64,000 bases of DNA from Myxococcota bacterium (GTDB lineage Bacteria; Myxococcota_A; Bradymonadia; UBA4248), in NCBI GenBank assembly GCA_045643185.1, contig JAZUKH010000280.1:1448-65447 (forward strand). Reading direction: 5' to 3'. Positions 8,386 through 18,150 of this stretch are shown here, in pieces. The notes below the pieces were generated by a model, which did not search any database, was not told the DNA's origin, and saw only the letters and a list, made by a program, of their open reading frames with translations. A program made the translations under genes and the position numbers. The first letter of the stretch is position 1. The number at the start of each line of letters is the position of its first letter.

Positions 8386-9705
8386 TTAATTTTTGCACGT
8401 AGTACACGTGGTTTTGCCGTCTTTGGTCTCGAATCGATAGAGCTTCGAATTACCATCAAGAAACACGTTCATAGGCGTCTTGGATGCCTGGTCGAGCTTG
8501 CGAATAAAGTCACGCGTTTCTTTCGGCAACGCCTTGTATTTAAGGAGCGGCTTAAGGGCCGCATCGCGCGTTTCGTTCGTATCACCAAGCCACGTGGCAT
8601 CAAGTCGAACATAATAGATCAGGGTTTGCGTCTTATCGGCCGAGGTGAACGTCCACGTCTCGCAAGACGACTTATTCTGTTCGGCATGGAACCAGGGCAC
8701 GAGCGCCTCGATGAGCGGACAAGCGTCTGGTGACTGCCACGACACGGCAACCGGCGCCTGAGCCGACTCCACCAGCGCACGTACGACCGGCTGCTCAAAC
8801 GCACGCTGTGCCCCTTCAAACGACGGCGGCAACTCTGCCTCGACTTTGTCCCCTGTCAACGTGAACGCCACAGAAAAATTCGTCATCAAAGACAGCGGAA
8901 TCGTGTATCGCCCCACGAGTTTGTCACAAGCCTCATTTTGGGTCTGATTACAGCCGATCTCAAGCGACGGCGACAGTTCCGGCGCATCCGCCTTGAGTTT
9001 GCGCGAATTCACGAGCGCCGTCAGCGCCTCGTCTTTCGCCACGATCGCCGCATAGTGGGGCAAGATCGGCGCGCCCGTCGCTACGGTCTCGTCAAGCGAT
9101 GCATCCAGCGGCTTCGTCAGATCAATAAACCCGGCCTTGTTATGCGCTGTTTCCTGAACAAACGCGTTCTTTTGAGCCAACAGATCCGTGACTGCCCTGC
9201 CGATCTCTCCCGTCAGCTGCACATAGCGCTTGCCATCGATCACGACGTTGAACGGCGCCAGGTTCAAACAATTCGATGCCGTCATCACGACATATTGGCG
9301 CCCGTCCTTCTCAAAACGAATGCGGATCTGTCGCCCCTTGTTATTGCCCTTTGACACGCTTCGACAGCCATAAATCGCGTCGGCTTCGATCAGGTCCTTA
9401 TCGACCGCCGCTTTCAGCGCATCGATCTTGGCTGCATCCACAGGCTGCTTGTCGTCATCCTCGTAGTTTTCACCAAACTTTTTGAACGTATAAAACACGT
9501 TTCGTTCATTTTTTTCAGGATGATGAATGACGACACTGATGCGCGCCGCCTTATCTTCAAGGCGAGTCACTGCAGCCTGCCCTGGTTCATCCGCATGCGG
9601 CGCAGGTTCCTGGGCTCGCGGTTGACACCCCGTAAACGCGACAAGCCCGATCAACACAGCGCCCACGCGCTGCCAAACCTCTGACATGAACCACGACCTT
9701 GTCAT
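8386..9705 (-). CDS. hypothetical lipoprotein
   Basis: Signal peptide with lipobox 'LVAFTGC'. No known domain recognised. Confidence 0.5.
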   Translation of the reverse strand: MTRSWFMSEVWQRVGAVLIGLVAFTGCQPRAQEPAPHADEPGQAAVTRLEDKAARISVVIHHPEKNERNVFYTFKKFGENYEDDDKQPVDAAKIDALKAAVDKDLIEADAIYGCRSVSKGNNKGRQIRIRFEKDGRQYVVMTASNCLNLAPFNVVIDGKRYVQLTGEIGRAVTDLLAQKNAFVQETAHNKAGFIDLTKPLDASLDETVATGAPILPHYAAIVAKDEALTALVNSRKLKADAPELSPSLEIGCNQTQNEACDKLVGRYTIPLSLMTNFSVAFTLTGDKVEAELPPSFEGAQRAFEQPVVRALVESAQAPVAVSWQSPDACPLIEALVPWFHAEQNKSSCETWTFTSADKTQTLIYYVRLDATWLGDTNETRDAALKPLLKYKALPKETRDFIRKLDQASKTPMNVFLDGNSKLYRFETKDGKTTCTTCKN

Positions 9706-9763
9706 TTTACCTCACTTTGCACGCGCGAAACCCTTTATCTGGCGACAACGCGTTACAGGACGT

Positions 9764-10495
9764 CTACTTGAGCAATTGGAACATATTACGGAGCGCGTCA
9801 GCCGGTTCGGCATCGTACGTTTTATCAGCCTGAGCACACAGCGTGAACGCCAGAAGCTTGTGCGCCGAGGCATACACGAAAAGCGACGCAGTACAATCAC
9901 GATCGACCTCTTTTTCTTTGCCCACAAGGCTGGCGCTGTATTCCTCAACAAGGTTCTTGCACTTTTTGCCGGGCTTTGGATCCATGCAAAGATCGCGCTT
10001 CTGCACATTGTCCGTTGTGATTTTAGGCATGGCCAGCGTTTCACCCAGACTGTTCAAAACATTGATCGCAACATCCGATGCCTTGAGTTCAGCCGGGAAG
10101 TCAAGAATATCGACCGTGATCGTGGCAGGATTCTTGTCATCGGGTTCCACGGCGACCAGACGCTTCGCAGACGGCGTGATCTGCCAACGAAACGGAAAGG
10201 TCAACTCGCCAAACTCATCCGAGGTGTATGGCTGGTTGAGGGTGAGCGACGTCACCTTGACACCGACTTTAGGCGCAGGTGCCACTGGCGCTTCTTCCGG
10301 CGCTAGTTCAGCAACTTTTTCAGCCTGCTTCTGCTTTTCAGCCTGCTTTTGCTTTTCAGCCTGCTTCTGCTTTTCAGCATTTATGAGTAGCCCAAACTCC
10401 TCAGGCGGGACAGCAATAGCATCCGCCCAAACCAATGACGGCATCACGCAAAGGCCGACCCCAAGCCATAATCCCATCCAGATTCGTCGTTTCAT
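9764..10495 (-). CDS. hypothetical secreted protein with (AEKQKQ)n repeat
   Basis: Signal peptide 'MKRRIWMGLWLGVGLCVMPSLVWA'. An 18-bp tandem repeat (10312-10384) encodes AEKQKQAEKQKQAEKQKQ. Confidence 0.5.
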   Translation of the reverse strand: MKRRIWMGLWLGVGLCVMPSLVWADAIAVPPEEFGLLINAEKQKQAEKQKQAEKQKQAEKVAELAPEEAPVAPAPKVGVKVTSLTLNQPYTSDEFGELTFPFRWQITPSAKRLVAVEPDDKNPATITVDILDFPAELKASDVAINVLNSLGETLAMPKITTDNVQKRDLCMDPKPGKKCKNLVEEYSASLVGKEKEVDRDCTASLFVYASAHKLLAFTLCAQADKTYDAEPADALRNMFQLLK

Positions 10496-10527
10496 ATTTC
10501 TACCTTTTGATCATTTTTAGTATCGCA

Positions 10528-10656
10528 AGGGGGAAGTCTCCCCCTACGCGGCTATGGGCGGCGATCCGTTTCCATGCCGATCCGTCGCATGCGACGAATC
10601 GACATAAAAACGTCGCTACGCCCATACGCCGCTACCCCTTCGCCTGGCGGGGCCCA
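10528..10656. repeat. MITE/REP-like intergenic element, copy A
   Basis: Termini GGGGGAAGTCTCCCCCTACGCGGCTAT ... ATACGCCGCTACCCCTTCGCCTGGCGGGGCCC, shared with copies at 35337, 48441 (inverted) and 49678. Confidence 0.7.
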
Positions 10657-10683
10657 AAACGGCGGCATCATACCATAACGTGG

Positions 10684-11469
10684 TCATTCGTGGCAGGCGA
10701 CATTGTCGTAAATCGTCACTTTTTGAAGCACCGACTTGGAAGCCGTGATCTTCTTGATCAGCTCAACATCGTGGCACTGCCCAAATGTCGTGAACATACC
10801 ATGCAATTCAGGCAAATCACGGGCAAGCAGCGCGAACTGGGTCGAGGCAGCCCCGGGGTGTGGCTGGATCATGACGATCGCGCCGGCAACGGGGCCATGT
10901 TCGGCACATCGTTCGTCCTCGATCACAAAATTCGTGCCTTCCGGTCGCGCACTGACAACGGCAAACGCATTTTTGTCGCGCCGGTCAAAGGCAAGCATGT
11001 CGTAATAAGGCGAGTCATGAGAAATACCCTGTCGATCAGTCCAAGCGGGATGCCCCGTCGCCAGTGCCTTAAAGTTGAGCACGGTCAACGGGTGATCATC
11101 CATAAACAGGTCGCAGCACAATGTGCCTTCTGACGTTTCCAGCTTGGCCGAAATGTCATGGTGCCCTGCATAAATGCGATAACCAGGTTTTGGCGTCGGT
11201 ACACTTTCCTCCTCACCCGACGTTTCAGCGATCAACGGGCTTTCCTCATTCGCCACGTCAGCACTCACCCGGTTTTCGCCCCCAACCACACTGTTTTCAT
11301 CGCCATCCTTGGTCGACGAGTCAGTGACCGTCACGTCCTCAGCGATGGCACACACTGGACGCGTCATTACCGCCGCAACAAGCCACACAACGCTCGCCAT
11401 CTGTAGGCACTGAGCTGACAATCTCGATTTTTTCATGCAATCAAACACGCTTATTTCCAACCTGCTCAT
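10684..11469 (-). CDS. cyclophilin-type peptidyl-prolyl cis-trans isomerase-like protein (divergent), exported
   Basis: 'LNFKALATGHP', 'HGPVAGAIVMIQPHPGAASTQFAL' and 'LHGMFTTFGQCHDVELIKKI' align with cyclophilin 'GxLSMAN..PNTNGSQFFI' and 'LDGKHVVFGKV..GMDVVKKI'. Has an N-terminal signal-like region. Confidence 0.5.
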   Translation of the reverse strand: MSRLEISVFDCMKKSRLSAQCLQMASVVWLVAAVMTRPVCAIAEDVTVTDSSTKDGDENSVVGGENRVSADVANEESPLIAETSGEEESVPTPKPGYRIYAGHHDISAKLETSEGTLCCDLFMDDHPLTVLNFKALATGHPAWTDRQGISHDSPYYDMLAFDRRDKNAFAVVSARPEGTNFVIEDERCAEHGPVAGAIVMIQPHPGAASTQFALLARDLPELHGMFTTFGQCHDVELIKKITASKSVLQKVTIYDNVACHE

Positions 11470-11489
11470 GTCGCCATAACGCCGACCTA

Positions 11490-11600
11490 GGCAGCGTGTC
11501 AGGCCAGGTTCCCAAAACCAACGACCTCATACTATAACGGCTTTCTACATATTAGGCGACATTGTCATGAATCACCACGTTTCAAAACGTGACATCTTAA
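11490..11600 (-). pseudogene. degenerate duplicate of the cyclophilin gene 3' end plus a flanking repeat terminus
   Basis: 11520-11600 is about 70% identical to 10660-10740 (the C-terminal codons of the PPIase plus the adjacent 'CCCAAAAC' repeat end). The copy is interrupted by stop codons. Confidence 0.4.
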
Positions 11601-11828
11601 CCGAGAGCCTCGCTTCTCCACAGATCCGAAGTCGAAGCGTAACGATGTAACGTGGCACGTCTTCATGGAATGCGTCATCACGACATACAAATAAAAGGAT
11701 ATTCACACCACGTTCGCCAAAATAATTTTTTCAAAAAAATGTCACGTTTCGCCACCTAATGGGGAATTCTTTACGGTGAGAAAAAACTCACCGTAACAAA
11801 TTATCGCTTACCTCAACAGGAGGAAAAC

Positions 11829-12815
11829 ATGGGAAAAGCCGACCTTGTTGCCAGAAAATTCATGTCAGACCCCAAGAATTTTGCAGATTCCTTCAATCTA
11901 GCTTTTCAGGTGTATGGTTACAAACGAATGTCCGTAAATGCAAATACACTCAAAGCCCTCGACACCAATCATACCCAATCTATGTTTGGAAAAATACTGG
12001 AACGCTTCTCAGACGTATTCAAAGCAGGACAGCTATTCTATGACAACAAATATTGCTATATGGCACTACTGATCGAGAATCAACACTATGTTCATCCAGG
12101 CATGCCACTCAAGTTGTTGTCATACATCATGCTGGATCTCATTCAACAAGTAAAGGACTACCAAGCTTTACATCCTAACAAAAAGCGAACAAGCGACGAG
12201 TTCCTATCGAATTTTCCAATCGATTTTCAATTAAGACCAATTTTACCGTTGGTCATATATTTTGGGCCACAAGCCTGGACAGCCCCTAAAGACCTCGCTG
12301 ACATGTTTCAATATGTCCCCAGACGCCTGAGATGGTTACTTCCTCACCAAAAATATTTAGTTTTGAGCCCAACAGCAATTAACGACAAACTATTTCAAGA
12401 CAACAAATCCGAATTTTCACTTGCCCTACAAGCCATGAAACACGCTCAAACACGAAGCACGCTGTCTGGTTTCTTCAAAAACAACGATGACTATGCTAAG
12501 GTTTCAAGTAGCCTGGCTGAAATGATTGCGGCCAACGTAAACTGTAATCTCGATAACATTACACTCAAGGAGAGCAATAACATGTACGAGATTTCACATT
12601 TTTGGGATGAATCAGACGAGCGTCTACGCAATGAAGGCTTTAAGCGTGGAGACAAACACGGCTTTAAGCGTGGAGACAAGCACGGCAGAATTGGCATATT
12701 AGTCGATTTGGTCAAAGACGGCCTGTTGACGCAACAAGCAGCAGCAGAACGAGCGAATATGAGCGAAAGCGAATTTTCGAAGCTTTGCCAATCGTCAGTC
12801 AAAACCGAACGCTAA
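11829..12815 (+). CDS. Rpn/YhgA-family (Transposase_31, PD-(D/E)xK) recombination-promoting nuclease
   Basis: N-terminus 'DLVARKFMSDPKNFADSF' resembles 'HDALFKKFLxHPDxARDF'. 'LIENQHYVHPGMPLKLLSYIM' and 'ILPLVIYFGPQ' fit the YhgA core. C-terminal 'GFKRGDKHG' repeats. Gene is AT-rich relative to its neighbours. Confidence 0.55.
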   Translation: MGKADLVARKFMSDPKNFADSFNLAFQVYGYKRMSVNANTLKALDTNHTQSMFGKILERFSDVFKAGQLFYDNKYCYMALLIENQHYVHPGMPLKLLSYIMLDLIQQVKDYQALHPNKKRTSDEFLSNFPIDFQLRPILPLVIYFGPQAWTAPKDLADMFQYVPRRLRWLLPHQKYLVLSPTAINDKLFQDNKSEFSLALQAMKHAQTRSTLSGFFKNNDDYAKVSSSLAEMIAANVNCNLDNITLKESNNMYEISHFWDESDERLRNEGFKRGDKHGFKRGDKHGRIGILVDLVKDGLLTQQAAAERANMSESEFSKLCQSSVKTER

Positions 12816-12937
12816 GGACGTGCAAGCGCGCCGAGTTTGATCGCATCTTCTATGTCAGAACAGCCATGTTTATTGAGAACAGTCGAGGCGATCGACTTCT
12901 TCACGTGATGATGAGCAAATCTATTGCTCACCGCGCG

Positions 12938-12975
12938 CGTGCAAAAACCAAAAAAGCCGCTCCAAATGGAGCGGC
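12938..12975. terminator. bidirectional rho-independent terminator
   Basis: AAAAAAGCCGCTCCAAATGGAGCGGCTTTTTT lies between the convergent genes 11829..12815 and rpsI. Confidence 0.65.
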
Positions 12976-13003
12976 TTTTTTGAAGCTGAGTTCTTTGTAA
13001 CGA

Positions 13004-13399
13004 TTAACGTTTGGAGAACTGGAAGCGGGCACGAGCAGCGGCCTGGCCGTATTTTTTACGTTCTTTAGCACGGGAATCACGGGTAAGGAATCCAGCGTGT
13101 TTGAGCGTTGTACGGAGCTGAGCATCGTAGTTCACGAGTGCGCGGGCGATACCGTGACGAACGGCGCCGGCCTGACCGGATTTACCACCACCGCAAACGT
13201 TGACAATGACGTCGAATTTATCGGCGGCTTCAACGAGTTCGAGGGGCTGACGAAGGACCATGCGGAGCGTGGCGCGATCGAAGTAGTTTTCGATTTCCTG
13301 TTTGTTGACGGTAATTTTACCGGAACCGGGACGGAGATAGACGCGAGCGACGGAGCTCTTACGACGTCCCGTAGCCATATACTGAACACTAATAGCCAT
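13004..13399 (-). CDS. rpsI: 30S ribosomal protein S9
   Basis: '[22 protein letters not shown]' and C-terminal '...ARFQFSKR' are the S9 signature. Confidence 0.95.
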   Translation of the reverse strand: MAISVQYMATGRRKSSVARVYLRPGSGKITVNKQEIENYFDRATLRMVLRQPLELVEAADKFDVIVNVCGGGKSGQAGAVRHGIARALVNYDAQLRTTLKHAGFLTRDSRAKERKKYGQAAARARFQFSKR

Positions 13400-13419
13400 T
13401 ATGTTTTTCTCCTAACTGA

Positions 13420-13848
13420 CTAGAGGGACTTGATTTCAGGCTGCTGAGCGGCGTGCGGATGTTCGCTGCCCTTGTAGATTTTGAGTTTACCGAGCATATC
13501 ACGGCCGAGCGTGTTCTTGGGGAGCATGCCCTTGACAGCCAATTTGAAGAGTTCTTCAGGCTTGGTCGCGAGGAATTTGCCAGCGGCAACTTCTTTGACA
13601 CCACCGACAAAACCGGTGTGACGACGATAAATTTTCTTGGTAGCTTTGTTGCCGGTGAGAACGAGTTTGTCGGCATTGATAGCAATGACGAATTCGCCGG
13701 TATCGACGTGAGGCGTGTAGGTGGGGCGATGTTTACCGCGAAGGATGCTCGCGACGGCTGCCGCTGCACGACCCAGATGCTGGCCTTCAAGATCGATAAC
13801 GTACCAGCCCTGTTCAACTTCACCGGGCTTTGCGCTGTATGTTTTCAT
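13420..13848 (-). CDS. rplM: 50S ribosomal protein L13
   Basis: '[61 protein letters not shown]' is the L13 signature. Sits upstream of rpsI in the same operon. Confidence 0.95.
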   Translation of the reverse strand: MKTYSAKPGEVEQGWYVIDLEGQHLGRAAAAVASILRGKHRPTYTPHVDTGEFVIAINADKLVLTGNKATKKIYRRHTGFVGGVKEVAAGKFLATKPEELFKLAVKGMLPKNTLGRDMLGKLKIYKGSEHPHAAQQPEIKSL

Positions 13849-14084
13849 GAATCACCTTCCAGAGTGTCCGTCTGTCGGACGCAAAAAGAAATAGCTTCCA
13901 GACAACCCTGTCCGAAAGCAGAAGACTGAGATTGAAAAAAATCTGAAGTAGCGTGATCGACTGCATCTTCACGACGCTGCAGATCCCTTCGCGCCTTGGG
14001 CTCGTTGGCGCAGTCGATGAAATTTAACCCCTTTCATCGGCGGCGAGCCTTTTAAATGAAAATCCGTTTTTAGGCAAGCACTTT

Positions 14085-14106
14085 GTGACAAAATTCATTT
14101 TGTCAC
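14085..14106. promoter_or_regulatory. perfect 10-bp-arm palindrome GTGACAAAAT-TC-ATTTTGTCAC (candidate operator)
   Basis: Seen directly in the intergenic region between rplM (minus strand) and the Cys-rich lipoprotein gene (plus strand). Confidence 0.35.
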
Positions 14107-14469
14107 CTTATTCTGATCACTTTTTAATCGGAAATGCGCACTCACAGCGCGAAACGCCACATTCACGTCATTCTAAGACACTTCGCCGAAACGAAAAATA
14201 AAAGGCGGCGCCTATTCGCGGCCATGCCGCGGATCGCGACGCCGCGCGCGCCTATGGCTTCAGCCATCGCGCGCGCCCCCCCAAAATAACACCGCGTCAA
14301 TGGCTGAAATCAACACGTTTTCACGTTCTCACGACACAGAAATGCGCTTTTCGACACTTTTTTTGCTTTTGCCCCTACAAAAGCGAGTAATAACATTATA
14401 TAGAGAAAAGGTTTGGCCCGTCGAGCGTCGATGGCGAGCGTTTATTGACCCGTTTAGGAGTTATTTTTC

Positions 14470-16641
14470 ATGCGTAAGTATCTATTTTTGGTTCTCTGTG
14501 CCCTGAGTACGACGGCTGTTCTTGGCTGTAGCGACGATAAAGACGATGCGGATTGTGATCCCAAGACTTACAAGCCGATCTGCACTACCCAAATGATGCA
14601 GCAATATTGCGATGCCGATGGCAAGTTCGTAACGTCAAAATGCGACAATGGCTGCGACAATGCAACAGGACAATGCACGGTCGTGGGTGAAAACAACTGC
14701 GCTGCAGGCAAATTCACCTGGACATGTTCAGAAGACCACAAACAATCCAACGGGTGTTCCATGAACAAGCCATACACCGAAAACTGCGTGAATGGCTGCA
14801 GTGACGCAACCGGACGCTGCATCTGTGACGCATCGAAATGCGCTTACGGCTGCAAAGACGACGGCAGCTGCAAAGACGCACCCGCCTGCGACACGACCAA
14901 ATGCCCGGATGGCTGCAACGCCGACGGCAGCTGCGTCGAAGATATCTGCGCCTATCGCTGCGACAAGGAACGCTTCATCGGTTGCCTGCACGCGACCGAC
15001 CAGGCCGAACGCATCCTGACGTGCTCGAGCCATGAGACCTGCAGCGTCGAAGCACAGGGCTGCGTCTCAAAACAAGCCTACGAATGCACCGATGGCGATA
15101 CCAAGTGCGCCTCTTACGATGATGACGCGACGCTGTTGATCGAAGATGAAGAATTATTGATGATCTGCGAAAACGGCCACTGGGTGCGCACGATCCGAAG
15201 CCTCTGCGAAATCACACAAAGCTGCGATGCCGATTCCGGCCTTTGCGTCGAAGACGACTACACCTGCAAACCGGGCTGCTTTAACAGCGTCACACTCATC
15301 ACATGCAACGAAGACGGCGAAGAAGTCAAAACGACGTGCGGTAACCGCTGCGACCCCAACAAAAATGCCTGCGCAGACGACACGTGTGACCCAGCCACAT
15401 TCAAAACGACCTGCCAGACCGTCACGAGCCAGATGGTGTGCGACACAAACGGAAAACTCAAAGGCGTCGATTGCCCTGACGACAAGCCCATGTGCGTCCT
15501 CGGCGAATGCCGCGCCGCCTCCGCTCAGCAAACGACCTGCACAACCGGCGTCACCTGTTCCGACGATGGCCGCTCGATCATCACCTGTAAAGACAACGAG
15601 ATCACGACAAAAGAATGCGACGCTGACCGCGCCTGTAAAGAATCGAGCGACGCTTCCGTCGAACCGACCTGCGAAAAAGCTGTTTGGGAGTCCGAAGGCA
15701 TCAAATATTGCGATCCCGAACTCTTCGCTTCGTTCTGCGACAAAGATGGCCGACCCAACAACTGCGTCGAAGTTTCACAGGGCGATTACGAAATCGATGA
15801 TACCGCCTGCAAAACGAATGAAAAATGCACGATGGTCGGCGGCGAAGCCAAATGCAGCAACGAATGGTACCTCAATGCCAATATCGGCGACAAATGCACA
15901 GACGCACGCAAAGGCACTTACTTCTGCAAAGACGACGTGCCGATGTGGTGCAACGACAAGGGCTATATCCACGCCGTCGAGGATGACACGCGTACGTGCG
16001 CCAGCCAGGGGATGTTCTGCGCGGTTTACAAGGACGAAGGCAAAGACTACGCCGGTTGCTTTGAACCCTGCAACAAAGCCGGCAAAATAACCACCTGCAT
16101 TCGTTACGATGCCGAAACTGCTGCCACGATCGACGCGAGTTGCGAACTCGTCGACGGCAAACTCGCCCTCGTCCTGGAAAACTACAGTAACCTGAATTAC
16201 TGCGATTTTGGCTGCGCCGAAGGCAAATGCATCGACTACACTGCTGATATCGAAAATGTCGGTGAAGCCTGCGACCCCAATGAATTCAAGGCCTATTGCA
16301 CCGAAAACGGCCCACTGCGCGCCGTCTCGTGTGACCCCGTCGACGTCGTCGTCGGCGAAGAAGCCAGCGAAACGGATCCCACCTACACCATCAACGTCGA
16401 ACTCTGCTACGCCGACGAAATTTGCCGCAAAGACGGCTACAAAGCCTCATGCCAACAGACATGTACCGAAGGCGAAATCAAATACAGCTGCGAATACTTT
16501 CTGAACAACTACATCAGCTACCCGTCAACCTGTACGCGCTTGGAAGATGGCACGCTCGGTTATGTCGAAGACAAGCTCGACTTTGACGTCTGCGACAATG
16601 GGTGCGACGACACAAACACTAAATGCAAAGCCAAGAAGTAA
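14470..16641 (+). CDS. cysteine-rich repetitive lipoprotein (about 100 Cys)
   Basis: Lipobox 'AVLGCSDD'. Recurring 'C..DG.C / CxDxxxC' modules. Acidic. Confidence 0.6.
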   Translation: MRKYLFLVLCALSTTAVLGCSDDKDDADCDPKTYKPICTTQMMQQYCDADGKFVTSKCDNGCDNATGQCTVVGENNCAAGKFTWTCSEDHKQSNGCSMNKPYTENCVNGCSDATGRCICDASKCAYGCKDDGSCKDAPACDTTKCPDGCNADGSCVEDICAYRCDKERFIGCLHATDQAERILTCSSHETCSVEAQGCVSKQAYECTDGDTKCASYDDDATLLIEDEELLMICENGHWVRTIRSLCEITQSCDADSGLCVEDDYTCKPGCFNSVTLITCNEDGEEVKTTCGNRCDPNKNACADDTCDPATFKTTCQTVTSQMVCDTNGKLKGVDCPDDKPMCVLGECRAASAQQTTCTTGVTCSDDGRSIITCKDNEITTKECDADRACKESSDASVEPTCEKAVWESEGIKYCDPELFASFCDKDGRPNNCVEVSQGDYEIDDTACKTNEKCTMVGGEAKCSNEWYLNANIGDKCTDARKGTYFCKDDVPMWCNDKGYIHAVEDDTRTCASQGMFCAVYKDEGKDYAGCFEPCNKAGKITTCIRYDAETAATIDASCELVDGKLALVLENYSNLNYCDFGCAEGKCIDYTADIENVGEACDPNEFKAYCTENGPLRAVSCDPVDVVVGEEASETDPTYTINVELCYADEICRKDGYKASCQQTCTEGEIKYSCEYFLNNYISYPSTCTRLEDGTLGYVEDKLDFDVCDNGCDDTNTKCKAKK

Positions 16642-16644
16642 CGC

Positions 16645-18144
16645 ATGCCTGAAATTTGGTCACTCAGCCTCACTGCCTCGGGCGTTGGCGCCAGCGCCAT
16701 CGCCCTCGACGCGTCCTATCGCACTCACTTCGTGCCGCTGTCACACTCGCCCTGTGCCGCGGCGGCACTCTTCGAGGCAATTGCACAAAGTTTTGAATTT
16801 TTATTCAGTTCTGGTTCAAAACCCGAAGTAATCACGATATTAAGCGAAGAAAATTCGGTTTTTGTAAACAAAGCCGGTGAAGCACGGACACCGGTGTATT
16901 TTTCTTCGCCACTGACGATCCCACGCAGCGAGATCCCTGAAGTGTTTGGTGTTGACGCAGTGCTTGGAACGATCTACCGAAACAGCGTGCTGCGCCGACT
17001 TCAGCGTCAAATGCCCCAACTTGGTCAGAGCGAACCCCTGGGCATCACGACCGCGACGGGCCTGCTCGTCCACGCTTTGTGCGGCACACAGGCTGACGCG
17101 TTGGCCCCACTTGGCACCTCGGTGCCCTACCCTTACGACGACGTGATGGCCTACCGCGCGCTCGGCACGAGCGCCGCGCTGAGCGCCAAAGTGGTGCGCC
17201 ACGGCCGCCCCGTCGCCCTCATCAACGACATCGAAAGCCTCAACGCCAAGTCGGCCCCCATCGGCCCCTGGCGCGACAAACTCCTCGGCGTGCCGCTCTT
17301 CTTGAGCGGTCACGCCTCAGCCGGCGTGGCCTACGCCAGTGCCGCCAATCCCCTTAGCTGGTCCGCCACACTCGGTTGGCAAGCCACCGCACAGTGGACA
17401 GCCAGTGCCACATCGCTCGCCAAATACGAAATTACGATCAAAGATAAAATTGGCGAACAAAATTCAGAACCACCACAAACCAACGAACAAAATTCGCTCA
17501 ATTTCGCTGAAGAACGAACGCGAGACGAATGGACTGCGACACTGGCGTCCAAACTTTCGCTCAACGAACGAGTCGGTTGTCGACGCGACGACCACGTGTT
17601 TGGCCTCCAAACGCCGCGTTACGACAGCACCATCGTGCGCGCGTCGCACGAGCTGATCCAAAAAACGCTGTTATCCCAAAGCGATGCAAACGACCTGGTG
17701 GCACACGACATCCTGTCGCAAAGCCCGATCGGCAGCGCCGGTCTGCATTTGTGGCCCCAAAACGACGTGATCAGCATGACAGGCATGACCCATGCGCACA
17801 ACCACGCGCATCTGGTGCGCGCGGTATTCGAATCCCAGGGTTATCAACTCCGTGCGTGGCGCGACCAAACCGGTTTGAATGGCCTCGGGCCGCTTCGCGT
17901 GTCGTTCGACGCGCCCTGGGACTTGTCCTGCGCCCAAAACCTGTGCGATCTGTTGGGCGAATTGATCATCGTGATCGATGAACCCGTCGCGACGCTTTCG
18001 GCTCTCGGCGGCGCTATTGCTCTGATGCGCGACCTAGACCTGGCTCAGGCAGCGCCTCACGTGCCAGCCCTGCAACTTTCACCGGGCGAAGCAGCCAGGC
18101 GCTACCAACAACACTACACGGTGCACCAGGCCGTTTCGACCTGA
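16645..18144 (+). CDS. hypothetical protein, possibly a divergent FGGY/ASKHA-family kinase-like protein
   Basis: 4-bp gap after the Cys-rich lipoprotein gene, implying an operon. N-terminus 'IWSLSLTASGVGASAIALD' and C-terminus 'LCDLLGELIIVIDEPVATLSALGGAIALM' resemble FGGY kinase termini, but the match is weak. Confidence 0.3.
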   Translation: MPEIWSLSLTASGVGASAIALDASYRTHFVPLSHSPCAAAALFEAIAQSFEFLFSSGSKPEVITILSEENSVFVNKAGEARTPVYFSSPLTIPRSEIPEVFGVDAVLGTIYRNSVLRRLQRQMPQLGQSEPLGITTATGLLVHALCGTQADALAPLGTSVPYPYDDVMAYRALGTSAALSAKVVRHGRPVALINDIESLNAKSAPIGPWRDKLLGVPLFLSGHASAGVAYASAANPLSWSATLGWQATAQWTASATSLAKYEITIKDKIGEQNSEPPQTNEQNSLNFAEERTRDEWTATLASKLSLNERVGCRRDDHVFGLQTPRYDSTIVRASHELIQKTLLSQSDANDLVAHDILSQSPIGSAGLHLWPQNDVISMTGMTHAHNHAHLVRAVFESQGYQLRAWRDQTGLNGLGPLRVSFDAPWDLSCAQNLCDLLGELIIVIDEPVATLSALGGAIALMRDLDLAQAAPHVPALQLSPGEAARRYQQHYTVHQAVST

Positions 18145-18150
18145 CGCAGT

